Assembly: GCF_006345805.1 (NCBI RefSeq)
Contig: NC_043011.1
Span: 48,992,464 to 49,056,463, forward strand
DNA from: Octopus sinensis
Lineage: Eukaryota
Direction of reading: 5' to 3'
DNA length: 64,000 nucleotides
Shown here: in pieces, positions 37,001 through 49,913 of the stretch
Numbering within the stretch: position 1 is the stretch's first letter
Layout: each line of letters starts with the position of its first letter
Notes under the pieces: generated by a model
What the model was told of the DNA's origin: nothing
What the model saw: only the letters and a program-made list of their open reading frames with translations
Database searches by the model: none
Program-made: the position numbers and the translations under genes

Positions 37001-37725
37001 CTGCCAGACCCTTCAGGTTAGAATATTTATGAGAGCCATATGAGATGCATAGCGAATGCAGAACACGAAAAAAGCTACTCCATTACCCACTTATCAGAGT
37101 CCAACATGACAGGCCCTGGATCCACACACTCAAGAAAGAATAGGATACAATGAATCTTACCAGAAACAACATACCTTACCCAGAACCATAACGAAAATAG
37201 ATTTAAATGATTGCTTTTTTGTTTTAGTTTCATTCTCCTCATTCATCCTTCTTAATACAATAATTCCTGCATTATCCTTTAGCGCTTTTAACACTTAAAT
37301 CTTTCCCCTAATCTCAACCAATTTCTCTTCCTCTTATTATATTTATTTCTATTTTTTTCATTCTCTCTCACAATGTTTCTCTCTCCAACAACTTCCTGTC
37401 TATGTATGAACTCACATATTGCTTTCTGGTCCTTATTAGCTGCTACAACTCTCTCCAATGTAGATGATATCATTCCCCCCTTCATTTTTTTTTTTCATTT
37501 CTAAATCAACCCTGATGAAGGGCTCTGCAAAAGTAAGAAATTCCACTCCCTTTGGCAATGACAAGCTATTCTTTCTGTTGCCTTTCCTAATACATGCAAT
37601 ACTTGCTGATGCAGACCATTCCTAAGTTTTCATAGATTCTGTTTTTAGCTGATTCATACATAAATATATACATATACGCACGCATAGATAAACAAATGCA
37701 TACATGCAAGCATACATAAATGCAT

Positions 37726-37945
37726 TGGCAGAAACGTTAGCACGCCGGGTGAAATGCTCGGCAGTATTTCGTCTGTTGCTACGTTCTGAGTTCAAATTCC
37801 GCCGAGGTCGACTTTGCCTTTCATTCTTTCGGGGTCGATAAATAAAGTACCAGTTTCGCACTGGGGTCGATGTAATCGACTTAATCCGTTTGTCTGTCCT
37901 TGTTTGTCCCCTCTATGTTTAGCCCCTTGTGGGCAGTAAAGAAAT
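37726..37945 (+). mobile_element. SINE family B
   Basis: Colinear with 25952-26181. Confidence 0.9.
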
Positions 37946-38084
37946 ATATATATATATATATGTGTGAATGAGTGTGTGTATGTGTGTGCCCCTGTGTGTG
38001 TGTGTGTGTATTTAATATCTTTTGATACTTTCCTCGATCTCATTTATGTCTTAGGTGAAAAATATAATTATTTTGAACCAATCC

Positions 38085-38510
38085 TATGACTGGCACCCAG
38101 CAGATGCCAGGACCCCTGGACTAGAGATACGTAAAAAGCACTATCCGAATCGTGGCCGATGCCAGCGCCGCCTCAACTGGCTTCCGTGTCAGTGGCACGT
38201 AAAAAGCACCATCCGAATCGTGGCCGAAGCCAGTGCCGCCTCGACTGGCTTCCATGCAGGTGGCACGTAAAAAGCACCAATCCGACCGTGGCCGATGCCA
38301 GCCTCGCCTGGCACCAGTGCAGGTGGCACGTAAAAAGCACCCACTACACTCACGAGTTGGTTGGCGTTAGGAAGGGCATCCACCTGTAGAAACATGGCCA
38401 GATAAGACTGGAGCTCTGGTGCAGCCTTCTGGCTTCCCAGACCCGGTTGAACCGTCCAACCCATGCTAGCATGGAGAACGGACGTTAAACGATGATGATG
38501 ATGATGATGA
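38085..38510 (+). mobile_element. Family E with three internal 63-68 bp tandem units and (GAT)n tail
   Basis: Units begin gtaaaaagcac at about 38130, 38198 and 38266; tail gaacggacgttaaacgatgatgat. Confidence 0.85.
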
Positions 38511-38592
38511 TTTCCTGTCACCATTTCCTTAAATTGATGAATTCAAATGTGTGCTGTACATAAATTTTCAGGATTATTTTGTATAATATCTT

Positions 38593-38635
38593 ATGGAAGC
38601 ACTCCGTCGGTTACGACGACGATGAGGGTTCCGGT
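38593..38635 (-). mobile_element. 3' terminus of SINE tail I
   Basis: Near reverse complement of ccggaaccctcatcgtcataaccgatggagtgcttcca at 53085-53122. Confidence 0.7.
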
Positions 38636-38850
38636 GCAGGGGCCCACTTGCCATCGAGCAAGCTGGGATCCTGGCCTGTCCAACACTGCATGCATATATG
38701 TTACTACTCCTTGCTATGGTATTGCATGATAGTGGTAAGTGATTATCAGCATTATGCAAGCAGTGTCATGTCACAAGTAAATATTAACTTACTTGGAAAC
38801 AAATGAGGGTTAGCAACAAGAAGAGCATCCAGCTGTAAAAAATCTGCCTT

Positions 38851-39078
38851 GCAGATTTGGTAGAAACTGGATTTGGTAGAAACTGACAAAAGCCTGTCAT
38901 ATATATATATATGGGCTTCTTTCAGTTTCTGTCTTCTAAATCCAATCACAAGGCTTTGGTCGGAGCCACTTCTTCACTCAAGGTGCCACGCAGTGGGACT
39001 GAACCCAGAACCATGCGGTTGGGAAACAAAGCCACTCTGCTCCTTTATAAACATATATCTATTCTTTTATATATATAT

Positions 39079-39127
<49 letters not shown>

Positions 39128-39455
39128 CCTTTTTACTAACTTTCAGTCATTTGACTGGCCATGATGGAGCACTGCCTTAAAGGGATTTTCGTCAAAGCCT
39201 AGTACTTATTCTATTGGTGTCTTTTGCCAGACCAGTAAGTTATGGGGACATAAACACACCAACATCAGCTTTCAAGCCATGGGACAAACACAAAGACACA
39301 TACATAGACACACATATATATATATACAATGGTTTTCTTTCAGTTTTCATCAAACCCCAGTAGAAGACACTTGCCCAAGGTACCGTGCAGTGGGACTGAA
39401 CCCGAAACCATATGATTCAGAAGCAAGCTTCTTACCTCACAACCACACATGCACC
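38851..39455. mobile_element. Cluster of family A fragments (+ 38851-38900; - 38913-39040; - 39135-39455)
   Basis: Family A motifs with internal deletions. Confidence 0.75.
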
Positions 39456-39479
39456 AACATATGTTATATATATAGAATT

Positions 39480-39722
39480 AAAAAGCATCATTTGAGCATG
39501 GCCGTTGCCAGTACCGCCTGACTGGCCCGCATGCCAGTGGCACATAAAAGCATCCACTACACTCTCAGAGTGGTTGGTGTTTGGAATGGCATCCAGCTGT
39601 AGAAACTCTGCCAGATCAAGATTGGAGCCTGGTGCAGCCATCTGGTTCACCAGACCTCACTCAAATCGTCCAAACCATGCTAGCATGGAAAGTGGACATC
39701 AAATGATGATGATGATGATGAT
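39480..39722 (+). mobile_element. Family E, 5'-truncated, (GAT)n tail
   Basis: ccatgctagcatggaaagtggacatcaaatgatgatgat. Confidence 0.82.
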
Positions 39723-39780
39723 AGAATGAGAGAGAGAGAAAAAGAGAGGTGGTGAGGGAGATCGACAGATAGATACATAC

Positions 39781-39822
<42 letters not shown>

Positions 39823-40056
39823 CTTAGTTATAAGGATTTAATAGAACCTAGGCACATCAACATATAGGATGCCAGAAATGGCTGGGTGTGAAAACAGAGT
39901 TAGTTAACAGTGAGGTAAACAACAATGAAAGTATCAATTATTGATAGGATGTTATAGAAATACAAGTACTCGATCTAATTGAAACCATAGAACTGGCTTT
40001 GGAAATAGTTCCAGATATGGCATAGGTATAAAAAAGTACAGAAAATTTGTAAAAAA

Positions 40057-40136
40057 TATACAACCGTTTCAGTAGGATTGTATTGATGTATTCAGAGATT
40101 ACACCATGACATAAAATCCACCATCTTCAGGCAAAA
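40057..40136 (-). ncRNA. Minimal hammerhead ribozyme with extended stem II, degenerate
   Basis: ttttgc CTGAAGA t ggtggatt...aatcctact GAA ACGGT T gtata. Confidence 0.45.
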
Positions 40137-40959
40137 TCTTAAACAGATGACCAGTCATACATTGAACATGATGACACCAACATATGTTGTTAGGGTTAGG
40201 GTGAGAGAGAGATGGAAAAAGAGTGATATATTTATGTAAATATATATTCTAAAAATTATTTAGTTTAGCATGTTACCGTAGATGTATTTCTCGCTTGAAT
40301 GCTCAATAATGCTCTGTTGAATTGTATATTTAATGATTATATTCTTGAACCACAGTGAATTAAACAAATATTGTAATAAAAGCAACGAAATTAATATAAC
40401 ACATCAATGCAAATACTAACAGGAATATAAATAATGATAACAATTATTTTGAAAATTAGCATCTAATCAATTAAAAGACACCCACCACAACCAACACTAC
40501 CACTGCTGCTGTCTTTTACAGGGAATTTTTTTATCAGACTTTTGGAAAATATAATGATGCAAGGGCTGGAGGTTGTATACTTGGAAGTTTGATAAAAGTT
40601 AATATCTTACATAATAACAAAAATAGTAATACTAATAATATTATACTAACAATGAAAGTATAATTGTTAATTGTATTAGTGATGATAAAATATTTATTTC
40701 AATAATGAGAAGAAAAACAATAAGGGGGGAAAAAAAGCAATTAAAAAAACATTAAATATAATACAATATTAAATTCACCAAAGATCTTTGCCAATGTTAT
40801 CAAACACATAGAAACAACACACACAAACATGCACACACAGAGACACACGCACAGAACAAACACACATATGCGCACGTACATTCACATATACCCAAATATC
40901 TGAACATGTCTATTTTTTGTATATATAGATCTAATAAGTATGCATATATTCTATGTCTG

Positions 40960-41797
40960 TGTATATATAATATATATATTATATATATATATTTATATAT
41001 GAAATACATAATATATATATACATATATATTATATATATATGCATATGTATATATATATATATATATGCATATGTAATATAGTATATATATATATACATA
41101 CGTATATATGCATATATATATATATATATATATGTGTATATATATTTGCATATGTATATATATATATATATTATATGTATGTATATATATATATATAATA
41201 TATATATATATAACAACGTATATATATGCATATATATATATATATATATGTGTATATATATTTGCATATGTATATATATATATATGCATATGTATATATA
41301 TATGCATATGTATATATATATATATATATACATATACATGTATATATGTAAACATATATATGCATGTATACACACACAGAGACATATTTATTTATTCATT
41401 TATTTATAAATGATATTCACTCATTGTATTTTTTTCCTAATTGCTCTTTCTTTTATTTTCATAATTAAAAGTTCTGATACCAATTGATTGGAAATGTCTG
41501 CATGGGTGTTAATTTTCATATAGCCACTCAAGTAACACGTACATTTGCACCAAAAATGCACATATTCCAATAGACACCTCCATGCATGTCTATGCACTGC
41601 ATTGTGATGTTGCGTTTTTACTTTCACTTTCCATAAGATTTTTTTTCCTCGTTGTTGGTGTAGTTTGTTTTTTTTATGTTTTTGTTCTTCTTTCACTTTG
41701 TCATCTATATTTATTAGGTGTGTAAGATATCTATATATTAACAACCATGTGCATATATGTATGTATATGTGTGTGTGTTTATGTATATGTATATATG

Positions 41798-41831
<34 letters not shown>

Positions 41832-42005
41832 CATGTATATATGTATGCATGTATGTATATATATATATACATTTATGCATATATATACATACATATATAT
41901 ACATATATATATGTGTGTGTATGTGTATATATATATATATATATATCTATATATATGTATGTATATGTATAGATGTATGTGTGTGTATATATATATAGTG
42001 TATAT
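40960..42005. repeat. TA/TG microsatellite blocks (40960-41380 and 41750-42005)
   Basis: Visible repeats. Confidence 0.93.
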
Positions 42006-42464
42006 AAATAAAAGTTCTGCTAATGATGCTTTTTAACACTATACTGTTGGCTTCATTAACAAAATATATTGATATATATTGATCAAAAGAAATAGAAGAA
42101 AAACAGTATCTAGGTGTATATGCTTGTGTGTGTTGTGTATGTGTTGTGGTATTATGCACTCATATACATACATACATACATACTTACATACATAGTGTTT
42201 CTGCCTGAAACTGTAAGGACAATCTGGAAACTTGACTGAAGAGAAAAGCCCACGAATGACCTGTCATTATTTTTTCTTCTCTATCTATTTGCTATTTTTT
42301 CCAGTCCACCCCTGTATTGTCTATCTGTATGGATGTTTATTGTCTTCTTTTGCCTTTTCATTCCATTTTTTATATTTACACACACACACACACACATATA
42401 TATATATGTATATATATACATACATAAACACACACACATACAACACACACACACACACACACAC

Positions 42465-42500
<36 letters not shown>

Positions 42501-42501
<1 letters not shown>

Positions 42502-42875
42502 CAGGTGTGGATGTGTGGTAAGAAGCTTGCTTCCCAGCTACATGGTTCTCGGTTCAGTTCCCCTGTATGGTACCTCGGGCAAGTGTCTCTCCTACTATAG
42601 CCTCGGGCTGGTCAAAGTATTGGGAGTGGATTTGGTTGACAAAAACTGAAAGAATCCTGTTGTATATAAATATATGTGTGTGTCTGCCTGTCTGTTTTTG
42701 TCGGTGTGTTTTCGTCTCCAATACTTAGCAGTTCAACAAGAAAGAAGGATAAACTGAGTATCAAGCTTACCTACAAAACAAAATGCATAGTGGTCAATTC
42801 ATTTGACCAAAAGGAAAAAGGAAAAAAATTCTTCAAGGCAGCGCTCCAGCATGGCCACAGTCTAATAAATGAAAT
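42501..42875 (+). mobile_element. SINE family A, diverged
   Basis: Head gcaggtgtggatgtgtggtaagaagc; tail gcgctccagcatggccacagt. Confidence 0.82.
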
Positions 42876-43009
42876 ATTAGTCAAAAATATACTTGAAGAA
42901 TTCTGTAACTCTCTATGAAATGTAAGTCATATACACCAACAAACAAAACAAACTTTATTTTCTATGTGAAGCCACACTTTTTTTTTCTCATGTGCGATAT
43001 TTCGTGCAT

Positions 43010-44115
43010 TCATCACCATCATCATGATCACCACCACCACCACCACCACCACTACCACCACTACCATCGCCTCTCTTCTCGTCCTTCCACCCATGGCTAC
43101 CTAACCCACCAGCTTGCCACCCCACCTACTAGATTCGTATCAATAATAACGATAATTACGTTTGTCTGTGAGACCAATTCCGAACCACTTCACTTGGCTG
43201 CAGTTCTTCGAGCAAGGTAATTATAATTATTCTCACCAAATAATAACACCAAACGCAAAATTCAGATGGGAAGAATAACAGGTATTATTGTGCTCTTGAT
43301 GTCTTTATTTTGTTTTGTTTTGGTCTTTTCGTTTCCGAGGCGGGTAATATTTCTTGATTGTTTTTATTATTTTTTTTTGCCATTATCATCATCATCATCA
43401 TTATCATCATCATCATCATCATCATAATTTCCATTATTGTTATCAGCATCATTATCGTCGTCGTCGTCGTCGTCGCCATCACGTTCATGATGATGATGAT
43501 GAAGTTGTTGTTGTTGTTGGTGGTGGTGGTGGTGGTGGTGGTGGTGGTGGTGATGATGATGATAGTGGTGTTGGTGGTGGCATGTGGCGCTGGAGGTGAC
43601 GCTTGGCTATCATCAGCATCATTATCCTCCGTGCAGCCATCTCAATCATCATCATCATCATCATCATCGTTATCATCATCATTATCATCACCATCATCAT
43701 CTTCACCACCACCATCATCATCATCATCATCATCTTCACCATCATCATCATCGTCATCATCATCATTATTACTACCATCGTCACCATCATGATCATCATC
43801 ATCATGACCATCATTATCATCTACATTATTACTCATAACTACCACATCTCAACCATCATCATCATCACCAACACCATCACCATGACCATCATCATCATAA
43901 TCATCATCATCATCATCTACATCATTATTCACAACTGCACCATCTCAATCATCATCGTCATCAGCACCACCACCACCACCATCATTATCATCCTCATCAC
44001 CATCATCATCATCAACATCACCAGCATCATCATCATCATCATCATCATCGTCGTCGTCATCATCATCATCAACATAATCTTCACCGTTATCATCATTATT
44101 GCAATTATTATCATC
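43010..44115. repeat. Compound (CAT)/(CAC)/(GGT)/(CGT) trinucleotide region
   Basis: Visible repeats. Confidence 0.93.
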
Positions 44116-44514
44116 ATCAAAATTGTACCACTTCCAAACAGAGAAAACTTCTCAAAATAATCAATCGGGTGGGTGAGGGTGAGGTGGTGTGGGGTCGGCT
44201 CTATGCAGTGGTTCAACCATCTCGAAATAGCAACCTAATTACCTCGAATTGCACCCTTTCCTCTTTGAACAGAAAAAAAAAAGAGAAAACACATTGAATA
44301 CATAAAACAACTGGATGGTCACATCAGGAACGCCCTTTTAACTGCATGCCTTTCCAGTGAGGGTCGACTTGTGGTCAAACAATGACAGCAATGACTCTTA
44401 ATCAGTCAATGAAAGGGCTTTGTTGCAGTTACTTGACCTGCTAGAAAGAGCAACTAAATCTCCATCAAAAATTAACATATTTGAAAATGGAGCAATATGG
44501 AGCCTTTAATCTTT

Positions 44515-44948
44515 AATTTTTCTACTTGCTTCGATCATAGGAGTGTGGCCATGCTGGAGCACCCCGCTGAAGGTTTTAGTTGAACAAATCACTTTTTTTT
44601 ACTTAATTTTTTTGTTTGTTTGTTTGTTTTTAAGCTTAACCACTATGCTATATGCCTGTGGACATATCATATCTTATTGAGCGTATCTATGGTCAAAAGC
44701 ATTCCTTCCTTATCCATATATGGCTTAGTGGTTAAGAGCGTGGGCACACAAACATAAACACACATACATATATATATATATATACGACGGGGTTCTTTCA
44801 GTTTCCGTCTACCAAATCCACTCACAAAGCTTTGGTCGGCCAGAGGCTATGGTAGAAGACACTTACCCAAGGTGTCACGCAGTGGGACTGAACCCGGAAC
44901 CATGTGGTTGGTAAGCAAGCTACTTACCACACAGCCACTCCTACGCCT
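44515..44948 (-). mobile_element. SINE family A pieces (tail 44515-44640; head half 44785-44948)
   Basis: Family A motifs. Confidence 0.8.
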
Positions 44949-45119
44949 ATTTTTTAAAACATCAAATGGCTTTAAGGGCTTACCTGAGTAAAATAGGAAT
45001 CATAGGGGCCCATGGGTAACAAAAAAGGGTTGAGAGAAAACACTGGTGTAAATTAATGTGACATCGGTGTTTTCGGTAATACTAGTGATAGTGTTAATAT
45101 TAGTACTATTGATGAAACT

Positions 45120-45960
45120 AGTGTTCATGCAAAGGTTTGTATAGGTGGTAGTAGTGGTAGTGTTAATGTATAAGTCAATGTTGGTGTCAGTGGAAGTCAC
45201 ATTGGTGATGATGTTGGCATTGGTATTGTTGATGTTAGTAGTTGTATAGGTGGTGGTGGTGTTACTTGTTGTGTTGGTGGTAGTGGTAATATTGGTATCT
45301 GTATTGGTGCTAGTGTCACTATTGGTGTTGATGCTGGCATTGGTGTTCTTGATGATGCAGGAGTTGTTGGTAATTGTATAGGTGATGGTATTGGTGGTGG
45401 TGGTAATGTTGCTGTTGATATTGTTTGTGAAGTGGTGTTAGTTTTTTTATGGTGTTGGTGGTGGCGGCGTTAGTGTTAGTGGTGGCAGTGGCAGCAGCAG
45501 TAGTGTTAGTGGTGGTGGTGGTGGCGGCAGCGGTGGTGGTGTTGGGGTGGTGGTAGTGTTAGTGGTGGTGGTGGTGATGTTGGTGGTGGTAGTGGTGGTG
45601 GCGGCAGTGGTGGTGGTGTTGGTGGTAGTGTGGTGGCGGCAGCAGTGGTGGTGTTGGGGGTGGAGTTGTGTTAGTGGTGGTGATGTTTCTGGTGGTAGTG
45701 GTGGTGGTGGCAGCGGTGGTGATGTTGGTGGTAGTGGTGGTGGCAGCAGCGGTGGTGGTGGTGGTGGTGGTATTGGTGGTGGTGGTGGTGGTGTTAGTAC
45801 TACTAATGGCAGTGATATTGGTGCCATCCATCAATGGCACATTGACACTAGTACCAGTGTTAGTATTAATGTTGATATTAACATTACCGTTAGTACCAAC
45901 GGTATTGATAGAGGTCACTCTGGTGTTGTATTGGTGCTGGTATCGGTGGTGATATTGGTG
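45120..45960. repeat. Degenerate (GGT/GTT/GGC)n low-complexity tract
   Basis: Visible repeats; reading frames interrupted. Confidence 0.9.
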
Positions 45961-46289
45961 TTGAAATGGATGGGAGTAGAGAGCTCAATTAAAGAATTAT
46001 CATCTCTGTGATTAACTTATTTCTTTATTTATTTTCGTTTTGACACCTGCTAATTACATTTCCGACTGTTGGTCTTCCGCGAAGTGAAGTGAACGGAAAT
46101 TGATTCTATAATTTTATAACGATCTTTTTCTCTTTTTGGTTTCGTTTTCTGAGCTAGCAGGAGTGGGTGGGGTGTTGGAAAAAAATCAAAACCCTTTCAA
46201 TTGTCTTAAGCAAAATTTCTTATCTCCACTTTATATCTCGACTTGGTAATCAATTTATCATTTATTCGTATGTTCCTACGATCGTTATT

Positions 46290-46301
46290 ACTTCGTTTGC
46301 T

Positions 46302-46370
<69 letters not shown>

Positions 46371-46613
46371 ATATGTATATATATATATGTATGTATATTG
46401 TATATATATATATATATGTATGTATGTGTATATATATATATATCTATGTATATATATATATATATGTATATATTATATATGTATATATTATATATATATG
46501 TAATAATATATATGTATATACATATATATGTATATATATATATATGTATATATATATGTATATATATGTATATATATGTGTATATATATATGCTATATAT
46601 ATATATATATATG

Positions 46614-46651
<38 letters not shown>

Positions 46652-46850
46652 GCATATGTATATGTATATATATTTATATGTGTGTGTATATACATATATG
46701 TGTGTAATGTGCTATCAGTTCCAGCTAATTTCAATAGATTTAGAACAATTCCTCCAAGACACCTGCCATCATGACCACCACTGCTGCCACGGTCACCACC
46801 ACTACCACCACCACCACCACCACCACCACCACCACACACTGCAGCACCAA
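46290..46850. repeat. (TA)n block, then (CAC)n at 46765-46850
   Basis: Visible repeats. Confidence 0.93.
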
Positions 46851-47344
46851 CCCGACATCGCTGCTTCTCCATTATTTTCTCCAAGGTGGATTATTACCTC
46901 TGCCATCAACCCCACTTAAAGTTCGCTTGCTTTCAATTTGATTCTTCAAACTCTTGGAATAAAATGGAAAGTCATCTGTCAAAGAATTTAATTTATCATC
47001 ATCAATTCTAAGGAGATTCCTTATTTTAGGACCATCGCCCACCACCGACGCAACCCCACCCCCCTATCTTTCTTCCTGTTCTTTTCTAACCCTACTTACA
47101 CACATTTATAGATATCACCTGCACAATGCACAGACAGGTCGAAATTAGAAAATAGATTAAGAAAAAAGAGACAGAAGTAAAAATAGATTTTTTAGAAAAA
47201 ATAGCACAATTTAGGCCATAGGGATGGAGTAGAGAGAGAGAGACGTTGAGGTTATTAACACTTTAAGGTGTTCCGAATTTCAGAAATGGTATTTTCAGCT
47301 GCTCTAACCCTTTAATGCTTAGGTTACTCGGTCGAAAGTAATTC

Positions 47345-47632
47345 CTCTATTCTTTTATTCTAGACTGAGGCACCACCTGCAAGAAGTTTTAGTTGAAAGA
47401 CTTGACTCCAGTACTTATGTTTTAAGCTTGGTGCTTATTCTGTCAGACTCTTTTACAGAGCCCCTAGGTTATGGGAACATAAACAAACCAACACTGGTTG
47501 TCAAGCATTGGCAGTGCAGATAAACAGACACAAAGACATACAAACATATATATATATATATGTATATATATATACATATATCATCATCATCATCATCATC
47601 ATGATATATATGCTAACACACACATACATATA

Positions 47633-47667
<35 letters not shown>

Positions 47668-47830
47668 ACATATATAAAAAGAACAGGCTTCTTTCAGTTT
47701 CCGTCAGCTATATCCACTCACAAGTCTTTGGTCAGCCCATGGCTATAGTAGAAGACACTTGTCTAAGATGGCAAACTGTAGGACTGAACCCAGAACCATG
47801 TGTTTGGGAAGCTTCTTACCACACAACACG
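47345..47830 (-). mobile_element. SINE family A, diverged, expanded internal microsatellite
   Basis: Family A motifs. Confidence 0.8.
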
Positions 47831-48016
47831 TCCATGCCCATATATCTATGGATTATATATATATATATGTATGTAAACAATGTTTCTATGTAAATACTTA
47901 TGTGTAGTATGTGTATATATAGATGTATGCCTATGTCTGTGTATATTCTTTTATTTTTTATATATTTAGTCCTAAAGCCGTATATATATGTGTGTATATA
48001 TATACATACATACATA

Positions 48017-48303
48017 CATCACGTGACCGACCAGTCCATCAGATGTAGTTACACATCGCTGGTCACAATGCATTCACATTGTTTTAGCTTCGAATGACGC
48101 CACCCCGCTGGCTAAGCGAGCAGGCCAACAGAAGAAAGAGTGGTGAAAGAGTACAGCAGGGATCACCACCCCCTGCCAGAGCCTCGTGAAGCCTTTAGGT
48201 GTTTTCGCTCAATAGACACTCACAATGCCCAGCCTGGGAATCGAAACCAAGATCCTACGACCGCGAGTACGCTGTCCTAACCACTGGGCCGTTGCACCTC
48301 CAC
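48017..48303 (-). mobile_element. SINE family C head with tail G
   Basis: Head as in 10040-10344; tail ends gatgtgtaactacatctgatggactggtcggtcacgtgat. Confidence 0.85.
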
Positions 48304-48592
48304 ACATACATATCAGCAATAATTATGATTTAGAATATGGGGATTTGTTCATCCTCAAAATTTATTTCCTTTTATTTTACAATCCCATACAATATACTTT
48401 TATAGTTATTACAACCTACAGAATCTACACCTCATAGATGCTAAAAACTAATCCAGGCTATGCAAGCTAAATCATCTTCTAAGACAATATGCAAAATGGT
48501 GTAAGTACCATCTGCTGGTATGTCCCAATGTTTCATACCATGGGAAAAAAATACAAATGTTTTCCCAAATAAAATTGCACTTCATGATTGAA

Positions 48593-48658
48593 GCTCTGAT
48601 GAAGCTCAGGCACTCAAACTTGAGTGCACTTCATTTTATAGCAGAAACAACTGTAAGT
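48593..48658 (+). ncRNA. Minimal hammerhead ribozyme in PLE-like repeat
   Basis: gct CTGATGA agct...agca GAA ACAACTGT A agt; hairpin gcactca/tgagtgc in loop II; site GUA. Confidence 0.5.
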
Positions 48659-49360
48659 CTATGAACTTCATTACATGACTGTTTATTCCTTTGTCATCCA
48701 AATTTCTTCTAAGCGTGTGTGCGTGTGTGTCTGTGAGTCCTTTATTACTATTTGATATATTCACCTATTCACAGCATAAAAAAAAAGAACATTTCTTTAA
48801 AAATAATTTGAATCACCCACATCATGCAATGTAACACATGCGTGATTAATCTTTGCGACTGTAACAGCACTTAACAAAAGGCAGAACAATATAAGCGTTC
48901 CTGACAATATATGTAATTCATTCTGGGGCTGGACTCATGGCAAATGGCAATAATGATATTACATACTAAGTGTATATCTTGAACTTGAAAGGCAGCAATA
49001 ATCAAGTCGGTGTCCAACATGAAAATCTAATGAATTCCATGCATTGATTTTAAGCTGATTTCTGTGAATTAATTCATTATTTTTGCTTTTTATTTTATAG
49101 TAAATGGGAAATAGTTTTGTATATTTAATAATTAATATCTAATATTTATATCTTTAGTCTGGAGAGGCACATTGTATAACTTTTCCCTTGTAAATGTCTA
49201 CGCATGTACACACACACACACACAACACACACACACACAAACTTGTGTGTGTATGTAAACATATACACTAACAGACATAGATGTGAAAACACCTACACAC
49301 AAACACACATTTTCATCAACATGCATATGCATACACATACATTCTCACACATATGCACAT

Positions 49361-49395
<35 letters not shown>

Positions 49396-49411
49396 TCTTT
49401 ATTCTTCTTTT

Positions 49412-49735
49412 ATTCGTTTACTTGTTTCAGTCATTTGATTGTGGCCATGCTGGAGCACCTCCTCTAGTCAAACGAATCAACCCCAGGATTTATTCTTTGT
49501 AAGCCTAGTACTTATTCTATCGGTCTCTTTAGCCGAACTGCTAGGTTACGGGAATGAAACGTACCAGCATTGCTTGTCAAGCGATGGTTGGGAGACAAAC
49601 ACAGACACAGAAACACACACACGCCCCCACACACACACACACATATATATATATGACAGGCTTCTTTTAGTTTCCAGTGGAACTGAACCCAGAACCATGT
49701 GGTTGGGAAAAAAGCTTCTTACCACACAGCCACTC
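49412..49735 (-). mobile_element. SINE family A with internal deletion
   Basis: Family A motifs. Confidence 0.85.
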
Positions 49736-49838
49736 TAAGGAAGCACACTAACCCAGTAATGGGAAGAAATCTATCTTATACAAAAAGACCAGGGCTTTGT
49801 AATCATTTAAGGACCAGTGGCTCTCTCCATCTCTTTCA

Positions 49839-49900
<62 letters not shown>

Positions 49901-49913
49901 CCTCACATTCATA

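Noticed and set aside
37508-37550. CTGATGAaggg after a pyrimidine-rich tract
   Set aside because: Only the 5' core half is present; stems II and III cannot be built.
38130-38341. Regularly spaced repeats resembling a CRISPR array (also 14578-14775)
   Set aside because: The spacers are homologous to each other, the units lie in or derive from a retroposon, there are no cas genes, and the DNA is eukaryotic.
45000-46011. Thr-rich mucin-like or Gly-rich ORFs
   Set aside because: Degenerate (ACC/GGT)n with frame changes and no convincing exon boundaries.
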